From the NCBI RefSeq assembly GCF_009914755.1, contig NC_060935.1: 64,000 bases of DNA. The stretch is one strand, 5' to 3'. A program made the position numbers and the translations under genes. The stretch is from the human T2T-CHM13v2.0 reference genome, Homo sapiens. The notes under the pieces are model-generated. The model was not told where the DNA came from. It made no database searches and saw nothing but the letters and a program-made list of their open reading frames with translations. Within the stretch, counting starts at the first letter, position 1, and every line of letters begins with the position of its first letter. Shown here one piece after another: positions 1-13,110 of the stretch.

Positions 1-593
1 TGCAATAGGGAAAGCAAATGACATGGACATGTCATTTAAATAGGCAACAATCTAAATATTTGATTAAACATAGAAAAAACATATCTAATAAGTAATTAGT
101 TAGATCAAGACCACATGTTTGTGTATATGTGTATGTGTGTGTGTATGTGTGTATGGAAGCTCAAATTAACTACATATGCTATGTGTGTACCTCATTTAAT
201 CATTGCTTACTCAAACAGGAATCACACTCTTTTATTTGAATAAAAGCCTTGTAAATGCAATTCTTATCTTCTTAACTCCAAATAAGTATATTTTCATTTA
301 CTGTTTTATTTGCGTTAGATCTAAAGGTTTTCACATGGAAAAAGAAGTAATTTAAGAAAGAAAATGTAGCAGTATCAAAAGATGTGTTGCAAATCAGAAT
401 TTATGGGTCATAGTTGGTGATACATGCTAAAAATAATATATCAAACAACTAATACACCTGAAAAAAGTATGCAAAACACAAGACAGGAGTGAAAATAAAC
501 TATTCACAACATAATACTATAGTCTGGTAATTATAGTTTAAATAACTGGAGCAAATTCTCGGCAAGAGCAATAAAATAGATTAAGTAAAATAC

Positions 594-693
594 CTAACAG
601 CATTTATTTTGGGTTATATAACTCTGCCATAGTGTTATAAAGGCTTATTGGGTAATCAAATGTAGCAGTAAAGAGATTCATAGTTCAATTTCC
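594..693 (-). pseudogene. Weak candidate exon, 100 bp, stops in all frames
   Basis: attcccag| acceptor, TAG|gtattt donor only. Confidence 0.3.
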
Positions 694-1230
694 CTGGGAA
701 TCACATTTTTTTTAAATTTTACTTTCTAATCAAAATAATGGTAAATTTTATTTAAATAATGCTCTATGTATACATGCATTATGCTCTAGATAGTAGAGAT
801 AATAACTTGTGCCAGACCCAGTTTTATATTCTCTATATGTTCTCACCTACATGACCAAATTATATTTCTTATCCATACATGAACTCAACTGCAAGGATAG
901 CCTCAGATGTTGATAACTGGAAGCTATAACTGGCAAAATACTGAGGTGACTGGGAACCCTGCCATGGACTAAGGGACCTGCTCCTAGGTCTGCATTGAAC
1001 CTTCATGTTGGTCACAGTGAAGTTTCTACCCTACAGGGCTACTAACAAACTAGGAAAAACCATAAATAGTGGGCAAATGATGTGTTAAATAATGTTATTG
1101 AAAACAATAAGAAATCTTTGACATACATCCCACTTTAGGTTTATAAAAATGTCTGGAAGGTGAATTATATTTGTTTCTTTTTCTAGAGCTGAATGGTTAA
1201 ATCTGGCTATAAAAGTAATTGAATAATTAC

Positions 1231-1400
1231 CTTTGCAAACACTCCCATTGCATGAAGAATAGCAATTCATGCTGGATACAAGTAGAGAATATTGGTTTTT
1301 ATTGCTATCTCTTTCCTTAGAAAGAGAGTGGATGGAGTTATAAAACATTTTGTGGGCTTGTACATTGTACTTTCTTGTGAAATCCCTGTATATTTTGGTC
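1231..1400 (-). pseudogene. Candidate exon, 170 bp; ancestral frame ambiguous (CTSPQNVL*, LRKEIAIK and STCIQHELLF motifs lie in two frames)
   Basis: tatttttcatatag| acceptor, AAG|gtaatt donor; lies within ORF 1085..1468. Confidence 0.55.
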
Positions 1401-1840
1401 CTATATGAAAAATACATTATATTAAAACTCAGAAAGAAGGCAGATACTCCTTCTAATACTCTTTCCACTTTCTTCAGATCATGAAGAGGATAATGACAAT
1501 GTCTTACAGACCTTTATTTGATACTTACAGCTATCTAACAAAGTAAGTATGATTTGCATTTCCATATAGAGAAGTATATGCTTGCAGGTGATAAATAACA
1601 TGTCCAAAGTCATGTGGTCTGAAAATTCCAAAGCCAGATTTTAAACCTATGCCTATTTGATCATAAACACCACAACCATAAACAATATACTGCCTTTAAT
1701 ACTCTATAAACACTATGATCATAAATAATACAATACTGTCTTGAATACCTACGTGTCTCATAAAATTTGTCACCCCATTATATGCTCACACTTAGCATTG
1801 TGTAAAATAGATGCTCAATGATTGTTTATTAAATTGAGTT

Positions 1841-2125
1841 TGGGTATGTTGGCTCACAGCTGTAATCCCAGCTACTCAGGAGGCTGAGGCTGAGCCTAGG
1901 AGTTCAAGACCATCCTGGGCAACATAGTGAAACCTCATCTCCGCAAATTTTTTTTAAAGAAAATTAGCCAGGGGTGGTGGCTCCTGTCTGTAGTCCCAGC
2001 TCCTCAAGAGGCAGAGGTGGGAGCATTGCTTGAGTCTGGAAAATCAAGGTTGCATTGAGTCATGATCACGCCACTGCACTCCAGCCTGGGCAACAGAGCT
2101 GTACGCTGTCGCAAAAAAAAAAATA
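1841..2125 (+). mobile_element. Old Alu (AluJ-like) with internal deletion
   Basis: ggctcacagctgtaatcccagc...agcctaggagttcaagacc...cactgcactccagcctgggcaacagag followed by an A tail. Confidence 0.9.
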
Positions 2126-2987
2126 ATATAATGAATGAATGAATGAATAGAGTTTGTTTTGCACATTTATGTGTTTTTATAAAAGAATTTGATATTTGGT
2201 AAAATTTCCTACAGCAGTGCTTTGCCATAGAAAAGATGTTTAAAAAACACTCAGTGAATGAATAAAGAGAAAAAATAAAATGTTTAAAAGTTTTGTGTTG
2301 TTTTCATGGCACCCTTGTTCTTCTCAAGTGTTGGCAGTCAGCTCCCTTCGTTTAGCATTTAGTTTTAACAATTAGGGCACAGGTAGATGCATGTAACAGA
2401 ATGTCCAAATAGTAATGGCTAAAGTCATGAAGATGTAAGTTTTAGGTAAGCACTCAAAAATGTGTTCAAATGCCCGCAGTCTTTGTTTACCCTCTGCCAT
2501 TGTCAATGTGTCAGCATAGTTGCTGTTGTCTGTAAGCTTGTCAGAGCATAGTTAGAACATGGCTGAGAAAGCTCCAAGCATCATTAACCTTATTAACCAT
2601 GTTCAATATACAAAGAAGGGAATGGTTTTTTTTTCTGAGGTTCTTTATATCCAGATAAAAATAACTTTTCATAATTTCCACTTACTGCTCAATACCAAAG
2701 ATCCCCTCTTACATCAATTGACAAAACCTAGATTCCATACACATTCTAAACCATACCTTAGATGCAGGGATTGGGATCACTATGCATGATTAAGAGCAAG
2801 CATTATGTTCTGTGACTAGGGGAAAGGGGATTATTTTCTCTAAGATTTTTTTTTTGACTGGAAGAAAAGTGGGGCAGAACTAATAAATACCTTTTGGTAG
2901 TCAATTATCAAAGTCCATTTCATTTAAAGTTAATTTGTCCATTTCATTTCACAGAGAAATAGGACATTGTTTTGCCAAGCTTACCTA

Positions 2988-3238
2988 AAGTGCAGTGGTG
3001 CCATCTCAGGTCACTGCAACCTCTGCCTCTTGGGTTCAAGCGATTCTCCTGCCTCAGCCTCCTGAGTAGCTGAATTGCCAGTGCGTGCCGCCACACCTGG
3101 CTAATTTTTGTATTTTTTAGTAGAGACGGGGTTTCGCCATGTTGGCCAGGCTGGTCTCAAACTCCTGACCTCAAATGTTCTGCCCGCCTTGGCCTCCCAA
3201 AGTGCTGGGATTACAGGCGTGAGCCACCATGCATGGCC
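2988..3238 (-). mobile_element. AluS, tail end missing
   Basis: Reverse-strand Alu consensus ending gtgagccaccatgcatggcc. Confidence 0.9.
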
Positions 3239-3279
3239 GGTAGTCCCCACTTTAAATTCATTTTAAAAAATACATTATA

Positions 3280-3565
3280 AATGTGTGAAAGTATTTTCTG
3301 CATCTATTAGATGATCACGTGGATTTTGTTTTTATTTATGTGGTGAATCACATTTATTTATTTGCATATTGTTGGATCCCAGAATAAAGCCTACTGATCA
3401 TGGTGAATTAACTTTCTGATGTGTTGCTGGATTCAGTTTGCCAGTATTTTGTCGAGAATTTTTGCATCTATGTTCATTACAGATACTGGCTTACAGTTTT
3501 CTTTTTTCATCGTGTCTCTCCTGAATTTTGGTATCAGAATGATGCTGGCTTCATAGAACAAGTTA
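3280..3565 (-). mobile_element. L1 ORF2 (RT region) fragment
   Basis: ORF 3433..3639 contains [11 protein letters not shown]...[18 protein letters not shown], matching L1 ORF2 at ~39260. Confidence 0.9.
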
Positions 3566-3930
3566 AAGAATACTACGCAGTCATAAAAAACAATTAAAAT
3601 CATGTTCTTTACAGCAACATTGATGCAGCTGGAGTCCATTATCCAAAACTAATACAGAAACAAAACCAAATATAGCATATTCTAGCTTATAAGTGGGAGC
3701 TAAATTTTGGGTACATCTGGATATAGAGATAGGAACAATAGACAATGGGGTTTACTAGAGGGGGGAGAAAAGGACAGGGGCAATGGCTGAAAAATTAACT
3801 ATTGGGCACTATGCTCAATACGTGGGTGATGGGTTCAGTTCTAACCCAAACTTTAGCATCATGTAATATACCTTTGTAACAAACCTGCACATGTATCCCC
3901 TGATTGTAAAATAAAAGTTGAAAAAAACCC
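3566..3930 (+). mobile_element. Old L1 3' end (L1PA-old/L1PB-like)
   Basis: ...gtaacaaacctgcacatgtatcccctga...aaaataaaagttgaaaaaaa 3' UTR signature. Confidence 0.85.
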
Positions 3931-4857
3931 AGAAATAAATAAATGAATGAAAGATGCAGGCTGAGGCTGTTTTTGTTACTCTACTACATTTAACAACATA
4001 TCATGTTTTCTCAACATAACTTGTTATGTTAACATAGAACAAATTTAAGTTGTAGATCAGGCAACTGGGCCAAATGAAATTACAAAATACAATTTGTAAA
4101 GACAAACAGATACCCACTGACTTCCAAAACTAAATGCTTTTTTGTTCACACTACCCTTAATCCAACAGAAACTTGACAAGGAAAGTATTATTATTCAATA
4201 ATTGTACATGTGAAACCTTGGAGAGGTTAGCTAAGTAAAAATTATCCACCCAGCTGGCTGGTGTTCATGCAGTTATCCTGCTTCCCATGCAACTACATCT
4301 AAAGCCCATCCTTTCTCTGCTCTACCGTTCTAGTCATTCACATTGCTAGCCACTATAGACAGCTATCCTGGAATTTATTTTATTTGCAAACTTTCGAATG
4401 CCACCTGCTCCTGAAATAGTTATAGCAGAAACTGGCTTAGCTATAATACAGTTCAAGTGTCCAAAGTACTTCCAACTTGTGTCAAAGACAGGGATGGGGT
4501 AAAGTGGGGGCATGGAGCATTAGTCATTTCCATCAATATGACAATGAGGTGACCAAGCGTGGGCTACACAAAACAATTTTATTTCCACAGCTGGACTCTT
4601 TGGCAGCATCTTCCCAACACAGTTCCTTGTCACATCAGTTTCCCAGAGCATTCAAACATGTTCACTTTTGCCTTAGGCTGGTGTGCAACTTGCCGCTAGT
4701 TTGTCCTTCACTCACATTTTCTTTCTCTGAGGGAGATGAGGGATTATTCAGGAAACTGGACTCAAGCTAACCTGGACAAAAGAGTTCTACCTGGATTCTT
4801 GGAAAATAAATGATTCCTCCACCTATTTTTTAATCAAAAAGATCATATCATGCTTAC

Positions 4858-4949
4858 ATCCAAATTTTGTAGTCCTTATTAAAAAGCTTTTGGAAATGTC
4901 TTTTACTTAAGCAACAGAATTGCTTATTCACTATCACAAATCTTTTCAA
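4858..4949 (-). pseudogene. Candidate exon, 92 bp, phase 0>2: LKRFVIVNKQFCCLSKRHFQKLFNKDYKIW
   Basis: tctatatattttcag| acceptor, AT|gtaagc donor; open frame. Confidence 0.5.
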
Positions 4950-6386
4950 CTGAAAATATATAGAAGACTATTAGGGACAATACATGCACATATAAACAAG
5001 ATAAAATTAATCATTCCTCAAACAAGAAAGCTTTTCAGAATCTTTCATCTGATTTGTCCTATTTTGAATTCCCCTTGGCTCAGAGGGGGAAAAGTGGGTT
5101 AACAGGCAAAACGAATCTTTGAAACTGACCCAAAGTGTCACTCCTCTCCACCCCACCTAGAGGTCGCTTTGGAAAATGTACACTTTCAGATGACTGAACG
5201 TGATTACAGGATTATCATGTTCTGTCTGCCATAAAGGCTGTTTTATTAATGAATAAATTACAGGTTCTTAAAGATATAAAAGGCTCTGGGTGATACGGCT
5301 CTTATATCATGTCCTGCCTAGGTAGTTTCTATATATTTTAGCTATTCCAAACAGCTAGCCATTCCCTGGGAAAGGAACAAAATTTGTATACCCCTAAGCC
5401 TTTACATGCCTCCTTCCCTAATCAACTCCTTTCCATAGCTAACTCCATTTCACATAACAACTCTGTTCAAAGGTAATCACAGTCAGAAAAATCTTCTTTC
5501 ATACCCTTCAGTGAGGAGAAATCATTCCACATTTACATTTCTGTAGCACACTGGTATGGTCTTAAATTCTGTTATTGTGCTTTCCCTACTTGTATGTTTA
5601 GCTTCCCCACTAGACACTACCTTGAAAACAAAAGCTATTTATTGTCTTTACATGTTCTCATAGTCTAAGGCAGAATCTAGAAGACTGCAAGCCTATAAAT
5701 TTGTCTGAAATAATAGTAGATGAAACTAACTCTTGCATTTGTTTATGTGAGAGAAGCAGTTGAAACAGGAAACGCTTGTGCCCATCGATAATTTTGTTTC
5801 TCTTGGGCTTCCTGGTAATAAAGCATCTCTATGGGTAACAGGACCATTAGACTAAGTTCAAGCAATAGAATCTCCAGCCTGACTCTAAAACCTCTAGCAT
5901 GATTCTTCTGCTTTTTCTACGCTTATCAGCCAGTTAGAGGCAAATTATCCAGAATCAATGTCAGACGTACAAGAAGAAAGAACCATGCTTTTCTGAATGA
6001 GTCAGTGTTAACAGTCCAGACTCCAAGGGACTTAGTGGAAGGAGCCTATGTTCCTCAAAGACTTGGCAGAATAGAGCCCCATGCTGATTAATTTATTTGG
6101 GCCATGATGTGATTAAAACAAACATTCATTATGTTATGATGTTGAGACTTGAAATTTGTTTCAGAAGCGAGACTTAAAAATTAATAAAAGATTTTTCAGA
6201 TACTGTAACAACATAGGCAAGTTAATTTTATGTAACTTACACTACATAAAATTATGTTAATTTACACTACATACATTTATGTTAATTTTATGTAATTTTA
6301 TACTATAATTTTACCTACATTACATTCCTTGATCACTTATCCTCACTTTACATTTTAATTTCAAAATTATGTGTTACACCACTGAC

Positions 6387-6472
6387 CTCTCTGTGAAGCG
6401 TTTGGCAGATTGAACGGAATCAGGAAACCTCTCCAGCAGCATAGATACAATATTGTTTTATAAGTCTTTGTT
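6387..6472 (-). pseudogene. Candidate exon, 86 bp, phase 1>0: QRLIKQYCIYAAGEVS*FRSICQTLHRE
   Basis: aattag| acceptor (modest), GAG|gtcagt donor; phases fit both neighbours. Confidence 0.5.
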
Positions 6473-6616
6473 CTAATTTATGCTTTAAAATGAGACAGGG
6501 AGGCAAAAGGATGCTTGTAGATCACTTATTAATAGCAGTGTTACATTTCTTGCTCCTTTGGGGTAGAGAAATTACATTAAACAAAGAAAAACAAATATAC
6601 TATTTTAGCTTCTTAC

Positions 6617-6740
6617 CTACAAAATATCTACCTGCTGTACTGCAAAAGAATCACAATGTTTTTCATAGCATTCTTATTTCACTAGCTTTATGTTTACATG
6701 TTTTTATGTGGCTTTCTTCTGGGATGTGAGGGCCAGGAAA
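6617..6740 (-). pseudogene. Candidate exon, 124 bp: FPGPHIPEESHIKTCKHKASEIRML*KTL*FFCSTAGRYFV
   Basis: ctttgtctgcag| acceptor, TAG|gtaaga donor; ends in phase 1. Confidence 0.5.
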
Positions 6741-7218
6741 CTGCAGACAAAGTTTATCTTCTACTCTCAGCAACCTAATTATGTGAGTTCTCTTCATACA
6801 ACTGCTTTTTTTTGCCTCAAAGGCACTCATGTTTATTTTGTTTTTTCTAAATTTTTGTAAACTGATTTTAGTTTTAGTTTTTTATTTTACAAAAAAGATC
6901 TAGCTTGTAGATCATTTAACACATAGTTAGTTTCCGTCCTCATTCTGGAAGAGTGGGAGGTATTGCTCTCTGGGGACATTCTTCACTTCAATCTCACATC
7001 ATCCACTCATCTTCTCTCTCCCACAATCGGTGAGACAATCACTTGGAGAGATGCTACTGATTGCATTGTGTTGTCTGAACAAACAGCATGGAGGTAGCAA
7101 ACACTGAGAATTATTGTATCAGCCACTAACATTTCAACACCATGTGAGAAGAAAGAGAGAAAGATGGGCCACTCTGTCATCCCAGTACCTTCCAAAACCA
7201 TGAAGAATGCTTGCTTAC

Positions 7219-7369
7219 TCAAACCATACATAGCATTTTCCTATGTCAGGCTAGGATACAAGCTCTTTCAGAGTTAGACTTTAAGAAACTACTTGTTTAA
7301 AGCAGTAGGTACCCAAAATAGGCAGTAAAATAAGTTTTAAAAGAGCAGATTGCCAGGCAGAACTAGTTG
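7219..7369 (-). pseudogene. Candidate exon, heavily eroded: QLVLPGNLLF*NLFYCLFW...
   Basis: Very strong acceptor tctatttttgttctttctcttag|, GA|gtaagc donor; five stops in the frame read. Confidence 0.45.
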
Positions 7370-7455
7370 CTAAGAGAAAGAACAAAAATAGACAGAGGCC
7401 ATTTACCACCTGTATTATTAGTGGCCTAGTTCAAGACATTGATCTAGCTCTCCTC

Positions 7456-7955
7456 TGTATGGAAGAAAAAGTCATAGTTTTTTCTTACCCATTGCAAGGT
7501 TTATGGTTGGGACTGCTATAATAAAAGACAGATTAACAAGAGAAAAGCAAGAAAAATTGTTTAACATAAATTGTGTGTGACACAAGTGCCTTCAGAACTG
7601 AAGACCTAAATAAACAGGGAAAACTGTGTATTTTTGTGATTAAGTTTGATGAAGAGTGGACAATCGTATAGAAGTGTAATTGAACAAGAGAGGGTATAAT
7701 GTAATAGTAATAAACTTGGGGAATTAGCAAGGCCTGTTTGTTTGCTAAATTCTTTTTTGTGTGTGTCTGTGTCTTTATCTCTTTCCTCTCTGAAATGAGG
7801 GTCTTATGACTTACTTAAGAGGAAAGTTAAATAATTATTTTATTATCTGCTTCAGGGGAGAATGACAGGACAAAGTCAAAGAGACTTTCCTGCTTCTGCT
7901 GTTTTTCAAATGTCAAGCTGATATATTTTGGGGTAGTGTGTCCTGAACCTCGTCA
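7456..7955 (-). mobile_element. ERV1 solo LTR (MER4 group, MER67-like)
   Basis: Reverse complement begins tgacgaggttcaggacacactaccccaaaatat; similar to the adjacent LTR at 8030-8719. Confidence 0.6.
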
Positions 7956-8029
7956 CCTCTATTATTTCAAGAGTCTCCTAACTGGTTTTCCTACTCCTAC
8001 TCTAGTTTTCTACATTCTATTTTAGAAGC

Positions 8030-8719
8030 AAATGGGTAGAAAAAATGTCATACCTTTCCTCACTCATCATAAAGGTCACTCATAGCCAACACTTGTAGAA
8101 AAAAAGACAGATTAACAGAAGAAAAGCATAACAAATTTATTTAGTCAAAGTTTTATGTGATATGGGAAGCTTCAGAAATGAAGATCCAAAAAAATGCAGG
8201 GAAAACTCTATTTTTATGCACAGATTGGATGAAGAATGGGCAGCCATGTAGATATGTGCTTGGACAAAGGGTTTGACCTAATGGTAATGAGCTTAGCGGA
8301 GGAAACCTAGCTAAGCCTGTTTGTTTAAATTCCTCTTGGCCTCTTTGTACAGCATTCCTTCCTCTGGGTATAGAGGAGGACCCCTATGGAATGAGGGTTT
8401 TATGACCTACCATCAGACAAGGTAGGGGAGAAAATTTCTTTATGTTCAGCTCCTCTACAGGAAAGGGTGGAGGGGTGGAATAATATTTATAGGCTTTATG
8501 GCTTGCTTTGAGAGAGAGGGCTTATAATTTCTCTGACCTACCTTGTGGAAGACAAATTCTAGTTTCTATGACTCATGCAAGGGAGAAAGAGTGGTGGGAG
8601 ACAAGAGGGCAGGAAAAGGTCAGAAAGACTTTGCTTCTGAGGCCTTCCAATCTCCTTTAGTTCAAAGGACTCAGCATGCCAATGCCATACGTTAGAGTAT
8701 CATTATCTGAGCCCCAACA
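8030..8719 (-). mobile_element. ERV1 solo LTR (MER4 group, MER31-like)
   Basis: Reverse complement begins tgttggggctcagataatgatactc...gcatgctgagtcctttgaactaaaggagattggaaggcctcagaagc. Confidence 0.65.
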
Positions 8720-8876
8720 ATTTCAACATAGCAGCCAGAGTGTTCTTGTTATAATATAAGTTAAATCACACAATTTCTTTGTGCAAAACTCTGCAATTAC
8801 CTTCTGTATTCGTTTCCTATTGCTGCTATAACACCAGAAACGTAATGGCTCAAAGCTACACAAATTAGTTCTATAG

Positions 8877-9249
8877 TATATTAGTCCATTTTCACATTGC
8901 TATAAAGAGCTACCTGAGACTGGGTAATTTATAAAGAATAGAGTTTATTTGGCTCATAGTTCCCCAGGCTACAGAGGAAGCATGGCTGGGGAGGCCTCAG
9001 GAAATTTACAATGATGGCAGAAGGTGAAGGGGAAGCCAGCACATCCTATATGGCTGGAGCAGAAGGAAGAAAGTGAAGGAGGAGGTGCTACACTTTTAAG
9101 GAACCAGATCTCATGAGAATTCGCTCACTGTTATGAGAACAGCAAGAAGGAAGTCCACCCCCATGATCCAATCACCTCCCACCCCTCCTCCAATATTGAG
9201 GATTAAAATTTGACATGAGAGGGTGGGAATACAAATCCAAACCATATAA
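8877..9249 (-). mobile_element. MST-type MaLR solo LTR
   Basis: tatattagtccattttcacattgctataaag...atccaaaccatataa; flanks tatag/catag form a 5-bp TSD with one mismatch. Confidence 0.85.
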
Positions 9250-9365
9250 CATAGTCTCAGAATTCTGGAGGCTGAAAGTCTAAAACAAGTTTTATGGAGC
9301 AAAAAATCAAGGCGACCACTACACTCCTTCTGGAAGCTAGTGGAGAATACATTTCCTTGCCTTTT

Positions 9366-9942
9366 CTCTGACCTTCTCCTGTCTCCCCTGCTTCAATCCT
9401 GTTCTACCCCATGGCTAGCTACAGGAAGTAGAATCTGTCTTCCCCAAAATGGCTTATAGAAATCAGAACCTCTTTTCTCCAAAGCAAGCCAACAAAAACT
9501 AAAAATACTACTCTAACTTTCCTTCTGCCTTTCTGTATAAAAACTGCTCATAAAGAAATTATCAGATATATCCTGTTTCACTGTAGGTCATAAGACCCCT
9601 AATTCAGACAAGGCCATGCCCCACACTCAGAAGGAAGGAATGATGCTCAGAGAGGCCAAGGAAAATGTAGACAGACAGGCCTCGATGGGTTTCCCCACTC
9701 AGTCTATTAACATTAGATCATGCCCTTTTGGGCCAATCCTATTTCTACATGGCTGTCCATACTTTGTTAAACCTAAGGACAAAAGTAGACAACTTCCTCC
9801 TGTGTCTTTGGATCTTCATGGAAGGCTCCCATATATACACATCAAATAAGCTTGTATGCCTTTTTTTCCTATTTAATAAATCTACCTTATCTCAGTGACT
9901 GCTCAGTGAACTTTTAGGGCACCAAAGGCCTTGGCGCCTATA
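9366..9942 (+). mobile_element. ERV1 LTR (MER4 group, MER65-like), 5' truncated
   Basis: Homologous to the LTRs at 8030-8719 (opposite strand) and 13111-13717. Confidence 0.55.
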
Positions 9943-10349
9943 CTAGCTCATAAGGGCCACTTGCACTTTTTGGCTTGTGGCCCCTTCGTCCATCTTCAAA
10001 CAAGATTACTCTAATATTTGCTTCCCTAGTCAAATCTTTTACTGACATTGACTGTCTTTTATTTTTATAATAACCCTTGTGATTATATTAGGTCCACTCA
10101 GAAAATCCAGGACAATCTCCCATTTCAAGATCCTTAACATAATAACATTTTCAAATTTCCTTTTCTTATATAAGGTGATCTATTCACAGGTTCCAGAGAC
10201 TAGACCATGGACATCTTTTGAAACCACTTTCTATATAATATACTTTATCATCTCAGTCAAATTGAAAACGTTAAAACTGTCTTTCAATATTTTTGAGCCT
10301 ACAATAGTCCTGGCAAATACATGTCTTGACATATTGCTGTGGACACTCT

Positions 10350-11390
10350 AAAAGGAAAAAGGATAACTATTCAAAAAACCATGCTAGACAAAATATAGAA
10401 TTAGACTCCTACCTGACGCCATATAAAGGAATCAACTTAGATGGTATAAAAATCACTTTATAACTCAGGGTAAAGAAGAAAATAATGACAAACCTCAATC
10501 TAGGAGAAGATATTTGCAACACAAATAACTGACAAAGAATTAGTATCTAGAATGAATAAAAATATCCCTATGGATTAATATAAAAATTGGGCAAAAACCA
10601 TGAGCAGGTACCTCAGAGAAAAGAAAATAACCAATAGAAATATGAAAAGTTGCAAGATTACAGTAGTAATCAACAGCATTCAAATTTAACTCACATATAT
10701 TATCCTCTCAAAACAAAAATGAAGAATTCTGATGATATCGGGCATTTTAGAGAATGTGGGACATTAGGAACACCTTGTTATGCTAGTGGGAGCACAATCT
10801 TATATATTCACTTTGAAAAAGAAATTAGCAGTATTTTGTAAAGCTGACCATGGTATGCCAACCAAAAAGAAAATAAACTCTAAGATATATAATAAAAAAA
10901 CTCTTGCACGTATACCCAAATATAAATATGCAAGATTATTCATAGGAGCATTGTTTATAACAGCAAAAGCAAATAAACCCACAAAACTACAAGTAACCCA
11001 GATGCCAATCAACATGATAATACAAACATTAACTATTCAAATATTTACACAATGTAGCATTATACAGCAATAAAATAAACCACAGTTATATTCAACAATG
11101 TGGATGAATCTGATGAACATAGTATCACTGAAAAAAAGTCATAGAAGACTGAATATTATAGTAATTTTATAATGCTCAAATAAAACTAATGAAATAAATA
11201 ATATTTATTATGAAAGTATGTGTGTATGTGTGTGTGTTACATATTTTAGAAAACAATGGAATTATAAAATTTAGAATAGTAGTTACCTTTGAGGGCTAGG
11301 CAGGCAATGAGGTGAGATTAGGGAGGAGCACAGAGGTGGATTCAATATTACCAGGATATTTCAGTTCTTAGGTTTGAAGGCTGGTACCCA
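10350..11390 (+). mobile_element. Ancient L1M 3' fragments
   Basis: Degenerate ORF2 C-terminus (ARLFIGALFITAK) and 3' UTR-like sequence. Confidence 0.65.
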
Positions 11391-11391
11391 G

Positions 11392-11392
<1 letters not shown>

Positions 11393-11430
<38 letters not shown>

Positions 11431-11690
11431 CACACACACACATATATAGACACACATATATACACACATATATACACACATATTTATATACACATACATA
11501 CACACACAAATGCATACATATGTATCTTTACATACCTATATACACAAATGCACATATATGTATCTATACATATATACACAAATGTATATATATGTATCTA
11601 TACATACATATATACACAAATGCATACGTATATCTATACATACACATATACACATACATATATATGCATATAATGTATGTAACATACGTA
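11393..11690. repeat. Compound (TG)n/(TA)n/(CA,TA)n low-complexity tract
   Basis: Directly visible; explains ORFs 11374-11779. Confidence 0.95.
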
Positions 11691-11786
11691 ATAAACTATT
11701 TAAATATATACAAGAGCATTCCTGTAGTCATGAGAATTGTTTGGGCATGATAATATTAGTAATAACAAAGTATATCTGAGTGAATA

Positions 11787-12393
11787 TGTTACTGGCGGAA
11801 GGTATTCGAGTTACCTGTGGTGAATCAGTACAGGCCTGCAGCCGCCTCAATTCTTACCTCCTCAGAAGAAAGAATTTGACTGAGGGGCATAAGGTAGAAA
11901 AAGAAACCAAGGCAAGTTTCAGAGTAGGAGTGGAAGTTTATTTAGAAACGTTTTAGAACAGGAAAAAAAGGAAAGCACATTTGAAAGAAGATGTATGTGA
12001 AGGTCAAGTGCGGTGTTTAACCTTGATCCTAGGGCTTTATAGGCTGGCCCCTTTCCCATGATGCTTCCCCTGGGGTGGGCTGCCCACATATACACTGCCC
12101 TCCTTGCCCTTGAGAGGTGAGCACGTACAGTGTGTTTATGACAGTGCATACATGCCCATCGAAAGCTTTCTTCTCTTTTCCAGTGGTGTGCCCCCAGAAG
12201 GTCATACTCTACCATTTTGTCTCTTAATGTGCATGCCCAGGAAGTTCCCTCTCTCTGGTATCGGCATTCAATTAACACTTCAGTGCAACAGGTATGGACC
12301 ATGAGGGAATGGTCAAACCATCACCCAACATTCCTAGTGAATGGGGGAGAGCCCTCTCCTGCCCTGCTTATGCCTGTCTAACTACCTGTAACA
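11787..12393 (-). mobile_element. ERV1 solo LTR (LTR9/MER50-like)
   Basis: TGTTA...TAACA termini and perfect AATA 4-bp TSD. Confidence 0.85.
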
Positions 12394-12639
12394 AATACAG
12401 TGCTGAAATCTAGGGTAGTGGTAGTGAAATTAAGACGATTAATAGATTTGAGAAATATTTTGGAGATAATATTGTTATGTGGAGATTGAACGCTGAGTTT
12501 GATGGTGGGAATATATTTAATTTGGCCTCCAGATTTTTCCTGGAGCAGCTGGTTTTATTAATGAAACAATTTAACTGAGATTTAGTATCATCTGAAATAT
12601 TTCCTCCACAGAGATATATTTTTTATCCCTATCTAAGGG

Positions 12640-12890
12640 GACTCTATCCACCTCTAGGCTCACTTGTAATTTACCTCATCCTGTTTTACTTTCTATACAA
12701 CACTTATCACTGTTTGAAATCATCTTATTTACTTAGTTGTAAACATGTCTATTGACTTTCACTTCCTGCCTGAATGTAACTTTCCTGACCAGAGGGCCCC
12801 TGTTTGTCTTGTTAAATACTATATTACAAGCACCTGACAAAGAGAATGGCCTACAGGAAGAACTCAATAAATCTTTAAATGAAAGCAAGA
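12640..12890 (+). mobile_element. L2 3' fragment
   Basis: ...gaatgtaactttcctga...ctcaataaatctttaaatgaa, an L2-like terminus. Confidence 0.6.
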
Positions 12891-13110
12891 AAGAAAACAA
12901 GATGACTAGTGAGGAAGAAAGAAAAAAGGGAGGCAGCCAGTGAGGATGGAAGGATGAACCAAAGAAAGGAAGAAATGAAGAAAGGAAGAAATGAAGGAAG
13001 GAAGAGAGGCAGGAGAAAGTGAGACTATTACTTACAGTCTAAAAATTAGAGAAAGTTTCAGTGCAAAGACACCAGAGAACTATAATGAGCACAGAGTAAT
13101 TGCACTACTC

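Larger units (their letters stand above)
8805..10230 (-). mobile_element. MLT1-type MaLR LTR split by two nested LTR insertions
   Basis: Three pieces (~8805-8876, ~9255-9365, ~9943-10230) read as one MLT1-like sequence. Confidence 0.6.

Noticed and set aside
1260-1275. In-frame TGA codons in candidate exons as selenocysteine
   Set aside because: TAA/TAG stops and frameshifts are equally common and no SECIS was seen; ordinary decay explains them.
1085-1468. 127-aa minus-strand ORF as a stand-alone gene
   Set aside because: Non-ATG start, and it runs through splice signals at 1401 and 1230. Better explained as a frame that happens to stay open over a decayed exon.
6225-6320. Repeated ttatgttaatttta..tac motifs as an array or CRISPR-like structure
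   Set aside because: Irregular AT-rich micro-duplications in eukaryotic DNA with no constant repeat-spacer period.
11374-11779. His/Thr/Tyr/Ile-rich ORFs
   Set aside because: Translations of a dinucleotide low-complexity tract.
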